A stretch of DNA of 64,000 nucleotides, taken from sequence record OV876907, one strand, 5' to 3'. The translations under genes and the position numbers were made by a program. The notes under the pieces are model-generated. The model had not been told where the DNA came from and made no database searches. It saw only the letters and a program-made list of their open reading frames with translations. This document shows positions 45,657 through 55,556 of this stretch, in pieces. Within the stretch, counting starts at the first letter, position 1; every line of letters begins with the position of its first letter. The DNA is from Escherichia phage UGJNEcP3.

Positions 45657-46042
45657 GATTTACATTCCTTAATAAAGGTTTCAAGGTCATTACGTTTAGT
45701 TTGTTTTACATACTCATTATAATTAGCCATAGCTAAAGCATATCTCTTTTTACGTGGCTTGTTTATTTTATTAGTTTGGGCAATATCAAAGACCCATGGG
45801 ATAAAAAATCCTATTAAAGCCGGAACCCAAATCCACGCGAGGCTCATATCTTCAAACGGATGGCGAGGCATACCATTAATAATCCCACCGACAAGAAATC
45901 CAATTATCCCTGCAGTCATACTAGTAGCAATGCCGAGGAATAATGAAATAGAGATATCGTAATCTGCTAATGCGTAACCAGGGTCGGTTTTACTAGGCTT
46001 ATGCATTTTGAACCTCTTTAGCGTATTCGCGACATTCAGCAA
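45653..46042 (-). CDS. Hypothetical membrane protein (FIKEC C-terminal family)
   Basis: 129 aa, two TM helices, C-terminus LETFIKECKS. Confidence 0.5.
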   Translation of the reverse strand: MLNVANTLKRFKMHKPSKTDPGYALADYDISISLFLGIATSMTAGIIGFLVGGIINGMPRHPFEDMSLAWIWVPALIGFFIPWVFDIAQTNKINKPRKKRYALAMANYNEYVKQTKRNDLETFIKECKS

Positions 46043-46535
46043 TAAAACGATTAAGCTTACGTTGTTGTTTACGACTTTCTAATGTGTACTCATTAGACAA
46101 AATAATAAGCTCATCTTTATCGTAATTTTTAATATCAGAGTAAGATGGGCGACGGTCAACCATTCCAAATACATCACCATTTTCTAAAGCTACATAGCAT
46201 ACTAAATGGTAATCATCGTCTGCCATATTAAGAAGCACACAATCAGCGCTCTCGTTTAAAGAATATACTGAATAACGTAGTCCAGCGAATTCCACTCGTT
46301 GAATAGCCAGATTTACGTCAATAATTTCCAAAGCATCTTCAAAAGAAAGGTCTTCAGCTAAAGCAAAAATAAAAGGTAATTTGGTAGTATCGCCACGGCT
46401 AGATGTTCTGCTTAAGAAATCGTTTGAATAGCCTAGGTCTTGGCGAATTCTATAAAGAACTGAATTGGTTTCATGGGAAAGACCACTATTTTTAAACCAA
46501 TCAATATTTGATATCAGGTCGTCATATAAACTCAT
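45999..46535 (-). CDS. Hypothetical protein
   Basis: 178 aa; SD GGAGGAG; C-terminal region contains KLNRFIAEC. Confidence 0.5.
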   Translation of the reverse strand: MSLYDDLISNIDWFKNSGLSHETNSVLYRIRQDLGYSNDFLSRTSSRGDTTKLPFIFALAEDLSFEDALEIIDVNLAIQRVEFAGLRYSVYSLNESADCVLLNMADDDYHLVCYVALENGDVFGMVDRRPSYSDIKNYDKDELIILSNEYTLESRKQQRKLNRFIAECREYAKEVQNA

Positions 46536-46583
46536 AATATTCTCCTCTCCTCCAAATAGGGAGACCGAAGTCTCCCGGTAACA

Positions 46584-47177
46584 TTACTTAAGTGAATTAA
46601 TGTAGTCTTCGATATCAGCAGAAGTCGTATCCATTCCAACTTGCGGGCCTTTAAACGTTTCTACGCGCATCAGGGTGTCTTCGATATCAATCTTGGTCAG
46701 TGCAGCAATTTCAACAACATCGTCGGCAGTAGCAATACCAAGGGCAGCCATATTACGAGTTTCACGAATGTACTCAAGCTTAACCGCTAGTTCCTGGCGA
46801 GAGTCATCAAGTTCCTTGACCTTAAGCTTAATTTCATTACGCATTTCAACATAATCATCGGCTTTCTTACGAAGTTGAGTAGCCGTACGACGATAAAGGA
46901 GGCCGAGTTTAGCATGTACCTGGACATCGGCACCTTCTTTAATCAGTTTACGAATTTCGCGTTCTTTGGAACTAGCCAGTTGGTCCTTTTCGTTAGCGAG
47001 TTCACGAATACGTTTTTCTTCATTCACAGACTTAACATGGGCAGTCTGGAGCTCAGTGATTTTATCAATCAAGGTAGAAGCAGCTTTAGTATACTGGTCT
47101 TCAATTGACAGGTTCTGAGCCATTGCGGTACCCAGTTTAGAACGAATGAATTCAACGAGTTTCTTTAAAGTGTTCAT
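46584..47177 (-). CDS. Hypothetical coiled-coil protein
   Basis: 197 aa, heptad-rich, followed by a UUCG-loop hairpin. Confidence 0.55.
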   Translation of the reverse strand: MNTLKKLVEFIRSKLGTAMAQNLSIEDQYTKAASTLIDKITELQTAHVKSVNEEKRIRELANEKDQLASSKEREIRKLIKEGADVQVHAKLGLLYRRTATQLRKKADDYVEMRNEIKLKVKELDDSRQELAVKLEYIRETRNMAALGIATADDVVEIAALTKIDIEDTLMRVETFKGPQVGMDTTSADIEDYINSLK

Positions 47178-47255
47178 AGTATTTCCTTCAGTTGGTTAAC
47201 GTTTTGTAATCCATGAGGACATTATACCCTGTCCTCTGAGGGTTGTAAACATTTT

Positions 47256-47654
47256 TTATTTCATTTTTGCGAGGCAAATTTCATTGGCTTCCCATTGAGC
47301 TTGCTTAATAATAGCTTTGGATACAGGAGCCCTTTGGCCATAAGTTTTTGACGTTGAGAGAACAATACATTTGTTTGCTTCATTATGCCAGCCCCATGAT
47401 TTTTCGCCATGGGTGCCTTTAACTACAGCTGACACCTCAACAGAGCAACCACCATCAGAAATCTTGGTTTCGACAATCCATTCATTTCTCTCAACAGCTT
47501 CAATTTCTAATCTAGTTTTTTCTTCATACATCGCGGCCCAATCAGTTTTTGCCAAGTTGAAAGTAAGAGCTTTCTCTAATTCTTTGGCATATTTTTGTTG
47601 TTCAGGTGTTAATGAATTATACAACTCTTGCATTTCTTTATCTTCGATATTCAT
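47256..47654 (-). CDS. Hypothetical protein
   Basis: 132 aa ORF; promoter cassette upstream. Confidence 0.5.
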   Translation of the reverse strand: MNIEDKEMQELYNSLTPEQQKYAKELEKALTFNLAKTDWAAMYEEKTRLEIEAVERNEWIVETKISDGGCSVEVSAVVKGTHGEKSWGWHNEANKCIVLSTSKTYGQRAPVSKAIIKQAQWEANEICLAKMK

Positions 47655-47712
47655 TATGTTCTCCTCAAATTATGGGCTCATAATATCTTAATCATGAGCC
47701 CATGTAAACGTT

Positions 47713-47991
47713 TTATTTCATATTATTGAAATAATTTTCTGCATCAAAATCATTACCATGGTAAACTTTGGTAGACGATTTGGCGTAACCTTCAGCTGAG
47801 AACATATTAATCACAACTTTAATTGTATACCACTGTCCATCTTCATTACCCATTACTGCATAGGTTTCATACACCGGGTGTTCAGGACCGATAACTTTAA
47901 TATCGTTAACTGTAGCACCAAATTCTTCCGGAACACATTTCATAAAGAAATTAAACACTTCACCATAATTATCCATTTTACTCTCCTTCAC
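47713..47991 (-). CDS. Hypothetical protein
   Basis: 92 aa ORF. Confidence 0.45.
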   Translation of the reverse strand: MKESKMDNYGEVFNFFMKCVPEEFGATVNDIKVIGPEHPVYETYAVMGNEDGQWYTIKVVINMFSAEGYAKSSTKVYHGNDFDAENYFNNMK

Positions 47992-48065
47992 ACTGTTGTT
48001 TTGATAGGTCTATAGTATCATGTTCTACGAAAGAGTAAACATCTTTTTTAAACTTTTTAGAAACA

Positions 48066-48098
48066 AAAAAGGCCCAACCTTTCGGAAGGGCCTAGAAT
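48066..48098 (-). terminator. Intrinsic terminator (GAAA loop)
   Basis: Minus strand AGGCCC-TTCCGAAAGGTT-GGGCCT followed by TTTTTT, directly after the stop at 48098. Confidence 0.6.
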
Positions 48099-48673
48099 CA
48101 GTTCTTGTAGAACCGGAACGGGTTTACATGGAAGGCTAACATGGCCTTAGGGATTTTACGAGACAAAAGGCTCTTAAGCTTCCAACCACAGTACACGCGA
48201 AGGTAAAAGGTAATCCCACCAACCTTAAGATATGGAACTGAAGCAAATACACCCCAGGCGTCGTCATTCCACATCCATAACCACCCGTGATGAGCTTTAT
48301 CAGGAGAACCGGATTCAACGTCGGGATTACCACGATAATGGAATTCTGAGCTACAATCACGACCGAGTTTATGGTAAGCAAAGTTATAAGCTTTATTTCG
48401 CCATAGCCAAGCTACTCTCTGGAGATAAACACCACCTGGCATTTTCCTGATTTTAGCCCAACGTTTAATGTGACCTTTGTCACCGTCAATTGGATTATCG
48501 TATGTCATCATCCAATCAAAGCCATAAGGCAATTTACCGGTCTTTTTATTGTGGAAAGGAACTACAAAAGGCGCAAGGATAACAGCCAGAACCATAGAGA
48601 TAAAATCCAGTGGAACCAACAGAACCCAACTCAAATATTTTAAAAGTTTCATATATTTCTCTAATTTAACCAA
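48098..48673 (-). CDS. Hypothetical membrane protein
   Basis: 191 aa, N-terminal TM helix, Trp-rich; intrinsic terminator immediately downstream. Confidence 0.55.
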   Translation of the reverse strand: MVKLEKYMKLLKYLSWVLLVPLDFISMVLAVILAPFVVPFHNKKTGKLPYGFDWMMTYDNPIDGDKGHIKRWAKIRKMPGGVYLQRVAWLWRNKAYNFAYHKLGRDCSSEFHYRGNPDVESGSPDKAHHGWLWMWNDDAWGVFASVPYLKVGGITFYLRVYCGWKLKSLLSRKIPKAMLAFHVNPFRFYKN

Positions 48674-48696
48674 AAAAGCACCAGATGGGGCTTTCG

Positions 48697-49161
48697 TTAT
48701 TTGATTTGTTTAGCGGACCAGATACGGTCTTTGATGATTTTCTGAATATCTTCAACATACTCTAAGTCGTGAGCATGCGGATTATCTTTGAAGCTATGTG
48801 CTCGTGCCAGTTTCTGGCCTTCTGTTTTGATTACTAAAAGCTCTTTAAGAATTGCTTCATACTTAGAAATAATTCCTTTGGCGATATTTTTTTCTTGAGC
48901 GGCTTTAGGGTCCGCTTTTGTAGCAGGTGCTTTACCTGTAGCTTTCTGGAACAATTCACCTGATGCAGCTAGGCTTTTAAAAACTCGGCTAACAGTATTA
49001 GCATTAGTAAAACCTTCGGCTTTAAAATCTCTAATAAAACGGAAACGTTCTTCATCAGAGGCGTCTTTGTAAGAATATTTACCTGCTTGAATTGCTGCAA
49101 TCGCAGCGGCTTTTACATCTGAACTAGATTGTTCAGTCAAAAATTCATTGTAAGTTTTCAT
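48697..49161 (-). CDS. Internal-protein-like head protein with capsid targeting sequence
   Basis: N-terminus MKTYNEFLTEQ. Confidence 0.65.
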   Translation of the reverse strand: MKTYNEFLTEQSSSDVKAAAIAAIQAGKYSYKDASDEERFRFIRDFKAEGFTNANTVSRVFKSLAASGELFQKATGKAPATKADPKAAQEKNIAKGIISKYEAILKELLVIKTEGQKLARAHSFKDNPHAHDLEYVEDIQKIIKDRIWSAKQIK

Positions 49162-49202
49162 TATTATTTCCTAAGTTAATTAACTTATCTATTTATTATG
49201 CC

Positions 49203-49235
49203 AAAAAGCCCCAACCTTTCGGAAGGGGCTATGCC
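49203..49235 (-). terminator. Intrinsic terminator after the tRNA cluster (GAAA loop)
   Basis: Minus strand AGCCCC-TTCCGAAAGGTT-GGGGCT followed by TTTTT; core nearly identical to the terminator at 48066. Confidence 0.6.
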
Positions 49236-49282
49236 TTGCGGCAACCTTGTCGGGGTTCCACCTGCTAGGCAAGTGTTTGTAC

Positions 49283-49437
49283 GAAACGCCGGGATTCGAA
49301 CCCGGTTATTAAGTAGTTGACGCTACTCAATATTTTTAAAAGGCCATATCTCGACCATATCCGAACGTTCCGTCAAAAACGCTACTCGGCTTACGGCAAA
49401 GATATTTCCTCGAATCGATAATTCGGTGCGCCGTTTC
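49283..49437 (-). ncRNA. tRNA-like or small stable RNA element (not a canonical tRNA)
   Basis: Contains a perfect T-arm CCGGG-TTCGAAT-CCCGG at about 49291-49307 but I could not fold a standard cloverleaf of normal length around it. Confidence 0.3.
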
Positions 49438-49611
49438 TGCTGTGATGTAAGGGGGCGTTAACAGATCGTAAAGATTTGTTAATGCCAGTCCTTACTCAGG
49501 GAACATCAGTCCGACGACTTACCGGTAGCGACCCGGTTTCTTGTTTGTTGCGCCGGTGAATGCTGGTAATCAGTCTTCATACGACGGCTTGACTATATAA
49601 TAGTCTTCATT

Positions 49612-49686
49612 TGGTATCCCGCCCTGGGATCGAACCAGGACCGCAAACTTAGAAGGATCGTATGCTATCCATTACACCAGCGGGAC
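49612..49686 (-). tRNA. tRNA-Arg (anticodon UCU)
   Basis: 75 nt; manual cloverleaf with 7-bp acceptor stem, T-loop TTCGATC, anticodon loop CUUCUAA, CCA encoded. Confidence 0.8.
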
Positions 49687-49691
49687 ATAGT

Positions 49692-49769
49692 TGGTGACCC
49701 GGACCAGATTTGAACTGGTAACCTTTCCCTTATGAGGGGACTGCTGCTAACCAATTGAGCTACAGGGCC
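49692..49769 (-). tRNA. tRNA with anticodon CAU (Met, or Ile if lysidinylated)
   Basis: 78 nt; acceptor GGCCCUG pairs with CCGGGUC, T-arm CCAG-UUCAAAU-CUGG, anticodon loop CUCAUAA, CCA encoded. Confidence 0.75.
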
Positions 49770-49774
49770 TTAAT

Positions 49775-50047
49775 TTAAATTACAAATCCAGCAGGAGCAT
49801 TATCATCTTTAGCCATGTGCTGAATTGTATGATAAGTCATTTCTTCAGGAGCAACCAGATAAGCCGCAACGTTAACTAGTGGAATTATTTTTGGTTTAGC
49901 GAACGTGCTATCAGAAATTGCCATAAAGGGCTCGCCATCGGTCTCAACTTCACCAAATTGGCATTCATATGAAATAGAACAACGTTTGGTAGTTGTTGTC
50001 TTGGTTTTAGGGTCATAAAAAGCTAATTTCAATACTAACATAAACAC
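49775..50047 (-). CDS. Hypothetical protein
   Basis: 90 aa ORF. Confidence 0.4.
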   Translation of the reverse strand: MFMLVLKLAFYDPKTKTTTTKRCSISYECQFGEVETDGEPFMAISDSTFAKPKIIPLVNVAAYLVAPEEMTYHTIQHMAKDDNAPAGFVI

Positions 50048-50170
50048 CTCAAATAAAATTAAGTAAAGTAAGTTTTATTAATAGACCTTGTCTATTATGA
50101 AAGGTTCTTTGAGGGAAGAACCTTTGGTAATAGAGGGTATTAATGATAGAGTAATAATATCACATAATTC

Positions 50171-50656
50171 TTAAAGCATATTAAGTGCTTTAACACTAGG
50201 TATTTGGATTTCTTCTTCAACGATGTACAGCTTAACATAAGAAATTACACGGATGAAATCGCCATCATATTCACAAGCCATACCAAGGAGCTCAGTAAGA
50301 GCTTCATTCAAGTAGTATGCTTCTTCATCGTCATTCAACAAGGCTTCTAAGTCTTGAATACCTAGGACCTTATCTAAAAATTCCGGAGTCAACTGGCCCG
50401 ATTTTACACCAGATTCAATGTGAGCAATAACCAAATGCTTAACTACGCCCCAGTCTTCGTTACCACATTTATCCGGGCTGTTACAATGCGAACCATGGAA
50501 AAGTTCTAAGATATATTTGTACTGTTGGATTTCCTGTTCTTCTACACCAAATACAGTCTGGGTTTTATAGTTATCACCATCATTTTCCCAGGTTTCGATT
50601 TCAAGAACATAACCTTTAGGAATAACTTGTCCAAATTTAATATTCATTGCGGCCAC
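50171..50656 (-). CDS. Hypothetical protein
   Basis: 161 aa ORF. Confidence 0.5.
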   Translation of the reverse strand: MAAMNIKFGQVIPKGYVLEIETWENDGDNYKTQTVFGVEEQEIQQYKYILELFHGSHCNSPDKCGNEDWGVVKHLVIAHIESGVKSGQLTPEFLDKVLGIQDLEALLNDDEEAYYLNEALTELLGMACEYDGDFIRVISYVKLYIVEEEIQIPSVKALNML

Positions 50657-50934
50657 ATATTAATGTAATCAAGTTTAATAGAAGCAATCTTCAAAGGATT
50701 TTTAAAGATGTCGTATTCGATCAATCCATTTTCAGTTGCGGTATAAAAAGTAAAGTTAACAGAATTATAACGATGGCTGTTAACTTTGAGTTTAACATCG
50801 CTTGAACTACGGCCAATATTAACCTGTTGAACATCAAGCACAGCATCTTTGCCGTAATTTCGAATCAACAACTCGGCTGCAACCTGGTCTGAATTATAGC
50901 CGTTCTCCGGATTAGTAACCTTAACGTATAGCAT
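50644..50934 (-). CDS. Hypothetical protein
   Basis: 96 aa ORF. Confidence 0.45.
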   Translation of the reverse strand: MLYVKVTNPENGYNSDQVAAELLIRNYGKDAVLDVQQVNIGRSSSDVKLKVNSHRYNSVNFTFYTATENGLIEYDIFKNPLKIASIKLDYINMWPQ

Positions 50935-51363
50935 TTAACCCTCGTCTACAATAGTGTGGGTATTGGCATTAACAATTTGCCACCAGTCAAAACGATTGGA
51001 CCCATATTGAGGTGTATTCTCGTTTTCTTTAATGATATCACGTAGTTCATCTTCAGTAGCAGCTTTTGCGATTAAGTCGGCATAGCCGCCGCGAGGATAA
51101 TAGTTATCACCTGCGAAAAGTAAAAAGTTTGGTTTGATATTATTGAACTCTTCAAGAGTAATAACCGTTCCGTTTGGTTGAACAATATCTACATAACTAT
51201 ATCCTAATTTCTGAGCTTCGGAAACCGCTTCAAGCAGGGTATCATGGGCCCATCCAATTTGACAATCGGGTTTTTCGGATGGATTAGCTTGGTAGTCCGC
51301 ATACACTTTATACATTTTACTCACCTTTAGAGATTTTATCCATAACAAAAGAGATTGAACCAA
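50935..51363 (-). CDS. Hypothetical protein
   Basis: 142 aa ORF. Confidence 0.5.
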   Translation of the reverse strand: MVQSLLLWIKSLKVSKMYKVYADYQANPSEKPDCQIGWAHDTLLEAVSEAQKLGYSYVDIVQPNGTVITLEEFNNIKPNFLLFAGDNYYPRGGYADLIAKAATEDELRDIIKENENTPQYGSNRFDWWQIVNANTHTIVDEG

Positions 51364-51514
51364 TTAAAAATGCCACTACTAAAGAGATTATATTCTCGGA
51401 AGTTGAAAGCATATCGAGCATGAATCCTGCAAACATACTAAAGCCAAAAGCAGTAACGGCGGCCAGTGCAGTAACATTTCTAATTAATTCACAACGTTTC
51501 ATTTTATTCTCCAA
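51317..51514 (-). CDS. Hypothetical membrane protein
   Basis: 65 aa, two hydrophobic segments. Confidence 0.4.
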   Translation of the reverse strand: MENKMKRCELIRNVTALAAVTAFGFSMFAGFMLDMLSTSENIISLVVAFLIGSISFVMDKISKGE

Positions 51515-51570
51515 TCACTCATTTGTTTTGATAGGGCTATAGTATCATCACTAGAGCCCGTTGTAAACAA

Positions 51571-51843
51571 TTATTTTAGATAAATTGCATACTTTTTATA
51601 ACCAGCCGTTTCGTGACGCAGTCCTTTTTCATTAGCAAAACGTTCAATATTGTTAATTTGATTCTGGTCGAGTTCTGAAGTATCAAAAACAAAAAAGTTT
51701 CGCTTATTGCCTAAAGTTACGTGATTAGTCAAATCAATGTTATAGAGATGATTTATATTATCAATCATAGTCTTAACAGATTTGTTAATTTTTACTTCTT
51801 CATTAAGAATAGATTCAGCGATAAATTCTTGGTATGATTTCAT
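51571..51843 (-). CDS. Internal-protein-like head protein with capsid targeting sequence
   Basis: N-terminus MKSYQEFIAES. Confidence 0.65.
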   Translation of the reverse strand: MKSYQEFIAESILNEEVKINKSVKTMIDNINHLYNIDLTNHVTLGNKRNFFVFDTSELDQNQINNIERFANEKGLRHETAGYKKYAIYLK

Positions 51844-51844
51844 T

Positions 51845-52066
51845 TTATTCTACGCCCGCGGCTTTCAAAAGTTTTTTAAGATTGGCAGTGCCTTGAGCAG
51901 AAAATGTGACCTTGCCGCCTTTTTCGCTGATGCTCCCAGTCAATTTAGCAAGTTTATCACTAGAGACTTTTTTAAAATCAGCCAATGTACCGTCAAAGGT
52001 TTTTGTAACAACCGGCAGTTGGTCATGTTTTTTAGCTTCTGTAATAAATTCTTGATAAGCTTTCAT
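51845..52066 (-). CDS. Internal-protein-like head protein with capsid targeting sequence
   Basis: N-terminus MKAYQEFITEA. Confidence 0.65.
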   Translation of the reverse strand: MKAYQEFITEAKKHDQLPVVTKTFDGTLADFKKVSSDKLAKLTGSISEKGGKVTFSAQGTANLKKLLKAAGVE

Positions 52067-52144
52067 TTTGATTTCCGTTTGGTTAGTTTGTTTTGATAGG
52101 TCTATAGTATCACGCCTATAGACCTTGTAAACACCTTTTTTAAA

Positions 52145-52837
<693 letters not shown>

Positions 52838-52845
<8 letters not shown>

Positions 52846-53599
52846 TTTTATTTCCTAATAATTTATCAATAGTAGTGTATAGTTCAGAAAGAGTGCCGTT
52901 ATTTTCAACAACAACGTCACCAGGTAAAATTGGTAGACCCGCTTCAGTGATGTGCGAGTCTTGTACTTGACCGGTTTCAGCGCGAACTACATGAATAATC
53001 GTAGCACCCATCGCTCTGAGTGAATCAATTTCGTGTGTTTGACGAACATCAGGTACGACATAGTATTTCGCATCAGAGTATATTTTATCAAAATAGTCTA
53101 AAGCGAACAACTTAACCCAATACATCTTATCAAATTGGTTAACAATAATATCAGTCCCAAGGGTCTGCATGAGACGACGTACTGACCAATTGTTATTTTT
53201 ATTTATTACTTCAAATAGCTGGTCTTTTGTTTCTTCAGACAGATATTGGACCGGGGTAAGACCGTAATGATATGCGGTAAGAACATCAATTCCTGGAATA
53301 GGAAGGATATTATTCAGTTTAACAATAGCATGTTCAAAAATATCAACCACATCATACGGTTTTAAAGGAAGGGTTTCTTCACGGTCGTAACCGATACCTT
53401 CAAAACAATTAAAATCAAGTTTAGGCATATAGCTACGGTCGAATACAGGGTCATCAGATATGTATTCATAAGCTTCAGCCAGATACTTTTTAATAGGACC
53501 AGCGAGTTGGAATTTTACGGAATCCATATTCTCAATTACATAGTTAGCAACGGTATCCTTACCGCTACGTTTGATTCCTACAATTGATATTAGTTTCAT
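52838..53599 (-). CDS. 1: Deoxynucleoside monophosphate kinase gp1
   Basis: 253 aa; P-loop GIKRSGKDT and WSVRRLMQTLGTD...MYWVKLFALDY...MGATIIHVVR match T4 gp1. Confidence 0.93.
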
Positions 53600-54189
53600 T
53601 ATTTTCTCATAGATGGATGCATAGACATACGAGCCACACGTTGTTCGGCATACGAATCAATTTGTGGACGACCTGTAACTATTGTACCATCTATTTCTAC
53701 AGCAAACGATTTGAAGTTGAATGTTGCTGTAGCGATTATCGCAGGGTCAGAATCTTCTTTATAAGAGTACTGAATCTCGGAAAGGTCGGATGGCCAACCG
53801 CCGTAGTAATGAATGCTCATTACGATTTTCTGTTTGTTGTTGTCAAGAATGTGGAGGGTGATAGCCTCCGGCTGACCTTTAGGATGCCAGGCTTCAGATT
53901 CATGTGTTACATAGTTGTTTAATGATAGCATCCATTTATAAACATCCATCCATGATTTCAGCTCGCGGTCTACAAGAAAGTTTACAATCAAGGGGTCGAA
54001 TTCTACAGTAGAACCTGGCAGTTTAGCACGATGTATGCCCTGGGTCGATCCTGGGACGTCTGAGATAGGAATATGGATACCCGGTAGTGTTACATCTTGC
54101 ACGTTCAATTTGAATGACTGCGTCATTCCTGAGTCACTAACCTCTAAGATAAAGTTGGTAGTGTTAGTTTGGTTAAATAAACCGTTCAT
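53599..54189 (-). CDS. 3: Tail completion / sheath stabiliser protein gp3-like
   Basis: 196 aa ORF in the gene 3 position between 2 and 1; sequence not independently recognised. Confidence 0.7.
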   Translation of the reverse strand: MNGLFNQTNTTNFILEVSDSGMTQSFKLNVQDVTLPGIHIPISDVPGSTQGIHRAKLPGSTVEFDPLIVNFLVDRELKSWMDVYKWMLSLNNYVTHESEAWHPKGQPEAITLHILDNNKQKIVMSIHYYGGWPSDLSEIQYSYKEDSDPAIIATATFNFKSFAVEIDGTIVTGRPQIDSYAEQRVARMSMHPSMRK

Positions 54190-54271
54190 AGGATTCCTAT
54201 ATTGCTTAAGTCCTAGCCAGTGTATAATGGTCCTAGGTCTGTTCCATTCAATAACTGGCTGGGATAATAGA

Positions 54272-55108
54272 TTATGAATTCTTCCATACTTTCTGAGATG
54301 AATAACGCTTACCTTTAGACATGAACTGCTGGAGAGGCATCATTACAACATTAGCCCAATCAGAAGGTTTTATCTCTACTAAAGGTCCCTTGATATTTCC
54401 AGGGATATAAGCCTTAATCATCACGTCAGCACCAGCAAATCCTTTTACCTTACTCCAATCGATTTTTAATTTGGTTGAGTTCGTAATGGTAGGAGTACTC
54501 GCGTATTGCTTCAGCAATTCTTCTAGAAATTGTTGGCGTGCTTTAGGCGGAATATAGTGTAAGTTCAACCCGTACATCAGATTATGCTTACCAAGTCCAA
54601 GATAAATGATTAAAGGATACTTGTCCCAGTAGGGTAATGTGTCCTTGTGTTTAGCATCATAGATATAAGCATAAAGCTTACCAGGAGATGGTTTAGATAC
54701 CTGGTGTCCTCTAATTCCTTTCTTTAATGTTTCTGTAAACCATTTAGCTGATTTATTGTTTACAGCAGCACCTTCATTAGCAATCTTATCACGAATACTC
54801 TTTCTAAAACTATTCACCAAAATCAATTGACGCTCAGCTTTGGTCAATTTATTGCCAGGTTTCTTCTGGAGTTTTTCGACCTGTACAGCAGTTTTAATTC
54901 GACTCGAGTATCGAGACATCGCAGATGTAAAGCTAGAATACTTAATGCCTTTATCTTCAGCGAATTTCTTAGCCGAGACACCTTTGGCCTTAGCTTTGGC
55001 ATATTCAACACCTAAAGCTATCCATTGTTGCTCTGAACGAGTAGGCTTAGAACCTTTTGTGGTTTCAGTAGCCTCATTGATGTAGGAAAATATACTCATC
55101 CTTTCCAT
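54272..55108 (-). CDS. 2: DNA end-protector protein gp2
   Basis: 278 aa in the gene 2 position; an alternative ATG at 55097-55099 overlaps the gene 4 stop (ATGA), so the start is ambiguous by 9 nt. Confidence 0.8.
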   Translation of the reverse strand: MERMSIFSYINEATETTKGSKPTRSEQQWIALGVEYAKAKAKGVSAKKFAEDKGIKYSSFTSAMSRYSSRIKTAVQVEKLQKKPGNKLTKAERQLILVNSFRKSIRDKIANEGAAVNNKSAKWFTETLKKGIRGHQVSKPSPGKLYAYIYDAKHKDTLPYWDKYPLIIYLGLGKHNLMYGLNLHYIPPKARQQFLEELLKQYASTPTITNSTKLKIDWSKVKGFAGADVMIKAYIPGNIKGPLVEIKPSDWANVVMMPLQQFMSKGKRYSSQKVWKNS

Positions 55109-55545
55109 CCTAATTTTTTCAGTGAGTTTTCAGTTATCAATCTAAAATTGATTCCCATTTTATCTGCTGTAGCTTTAGCAGCTTTCCATTTATCTTTATT
55201 TACACTCCATGTATAATGTTCGTTGATATATCTCTTTTTAGCGGCTGTAGTCATTTTAGCAGGAGCCGCTGGAGGATGGGTTTCTTTAAAAGGTTTGACT
55301 TCAAAAAAGAATTGTTGGCCGTTATCAAACTTAACCCAGAAGTCCATAAAATATCGACGTTTCTTTCCATCAGCATTACTAAAATACGGAATAACTACCT
55401 CTTCAGAGTTCCATTGGACTACGTTAGGATGATTGTCAAGCCAACGCATGAGCCATGCTTCCCATGAGGAACGATATTGGATTTTCTTCCAGTCACCTTT
55501 ATATTTTTGTAAGTTGGTAGGTTTAAATTTCCCTGAGTAAGCCAT
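55096..55545 (-). CDS. 4: Head completion protein gp4
   Basis: 149 aa; [18 protein letters not shown]...[11 protein letters not shown]...YTWSVN matches T4 gp4; late promoter TATAAATA about 27 nt upstream. Confidence 0.9.
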   Translation of the reverse strand: MAYSGKFKPTNLQKYKGDWKKIQYRSSWEAWLMRWLDNHPNVVQWNSEEVVIPYFSNADGKKRRYFMDFWVKFDNGQQFFFEVKPFKETHPPAAPAKMTTAAKKRYINEHYTWSVNKDKWKAAKATADKMGINFRLITENSLKKLGWKG

Positions 55546-55556
55546 AGTTGCCTCCT

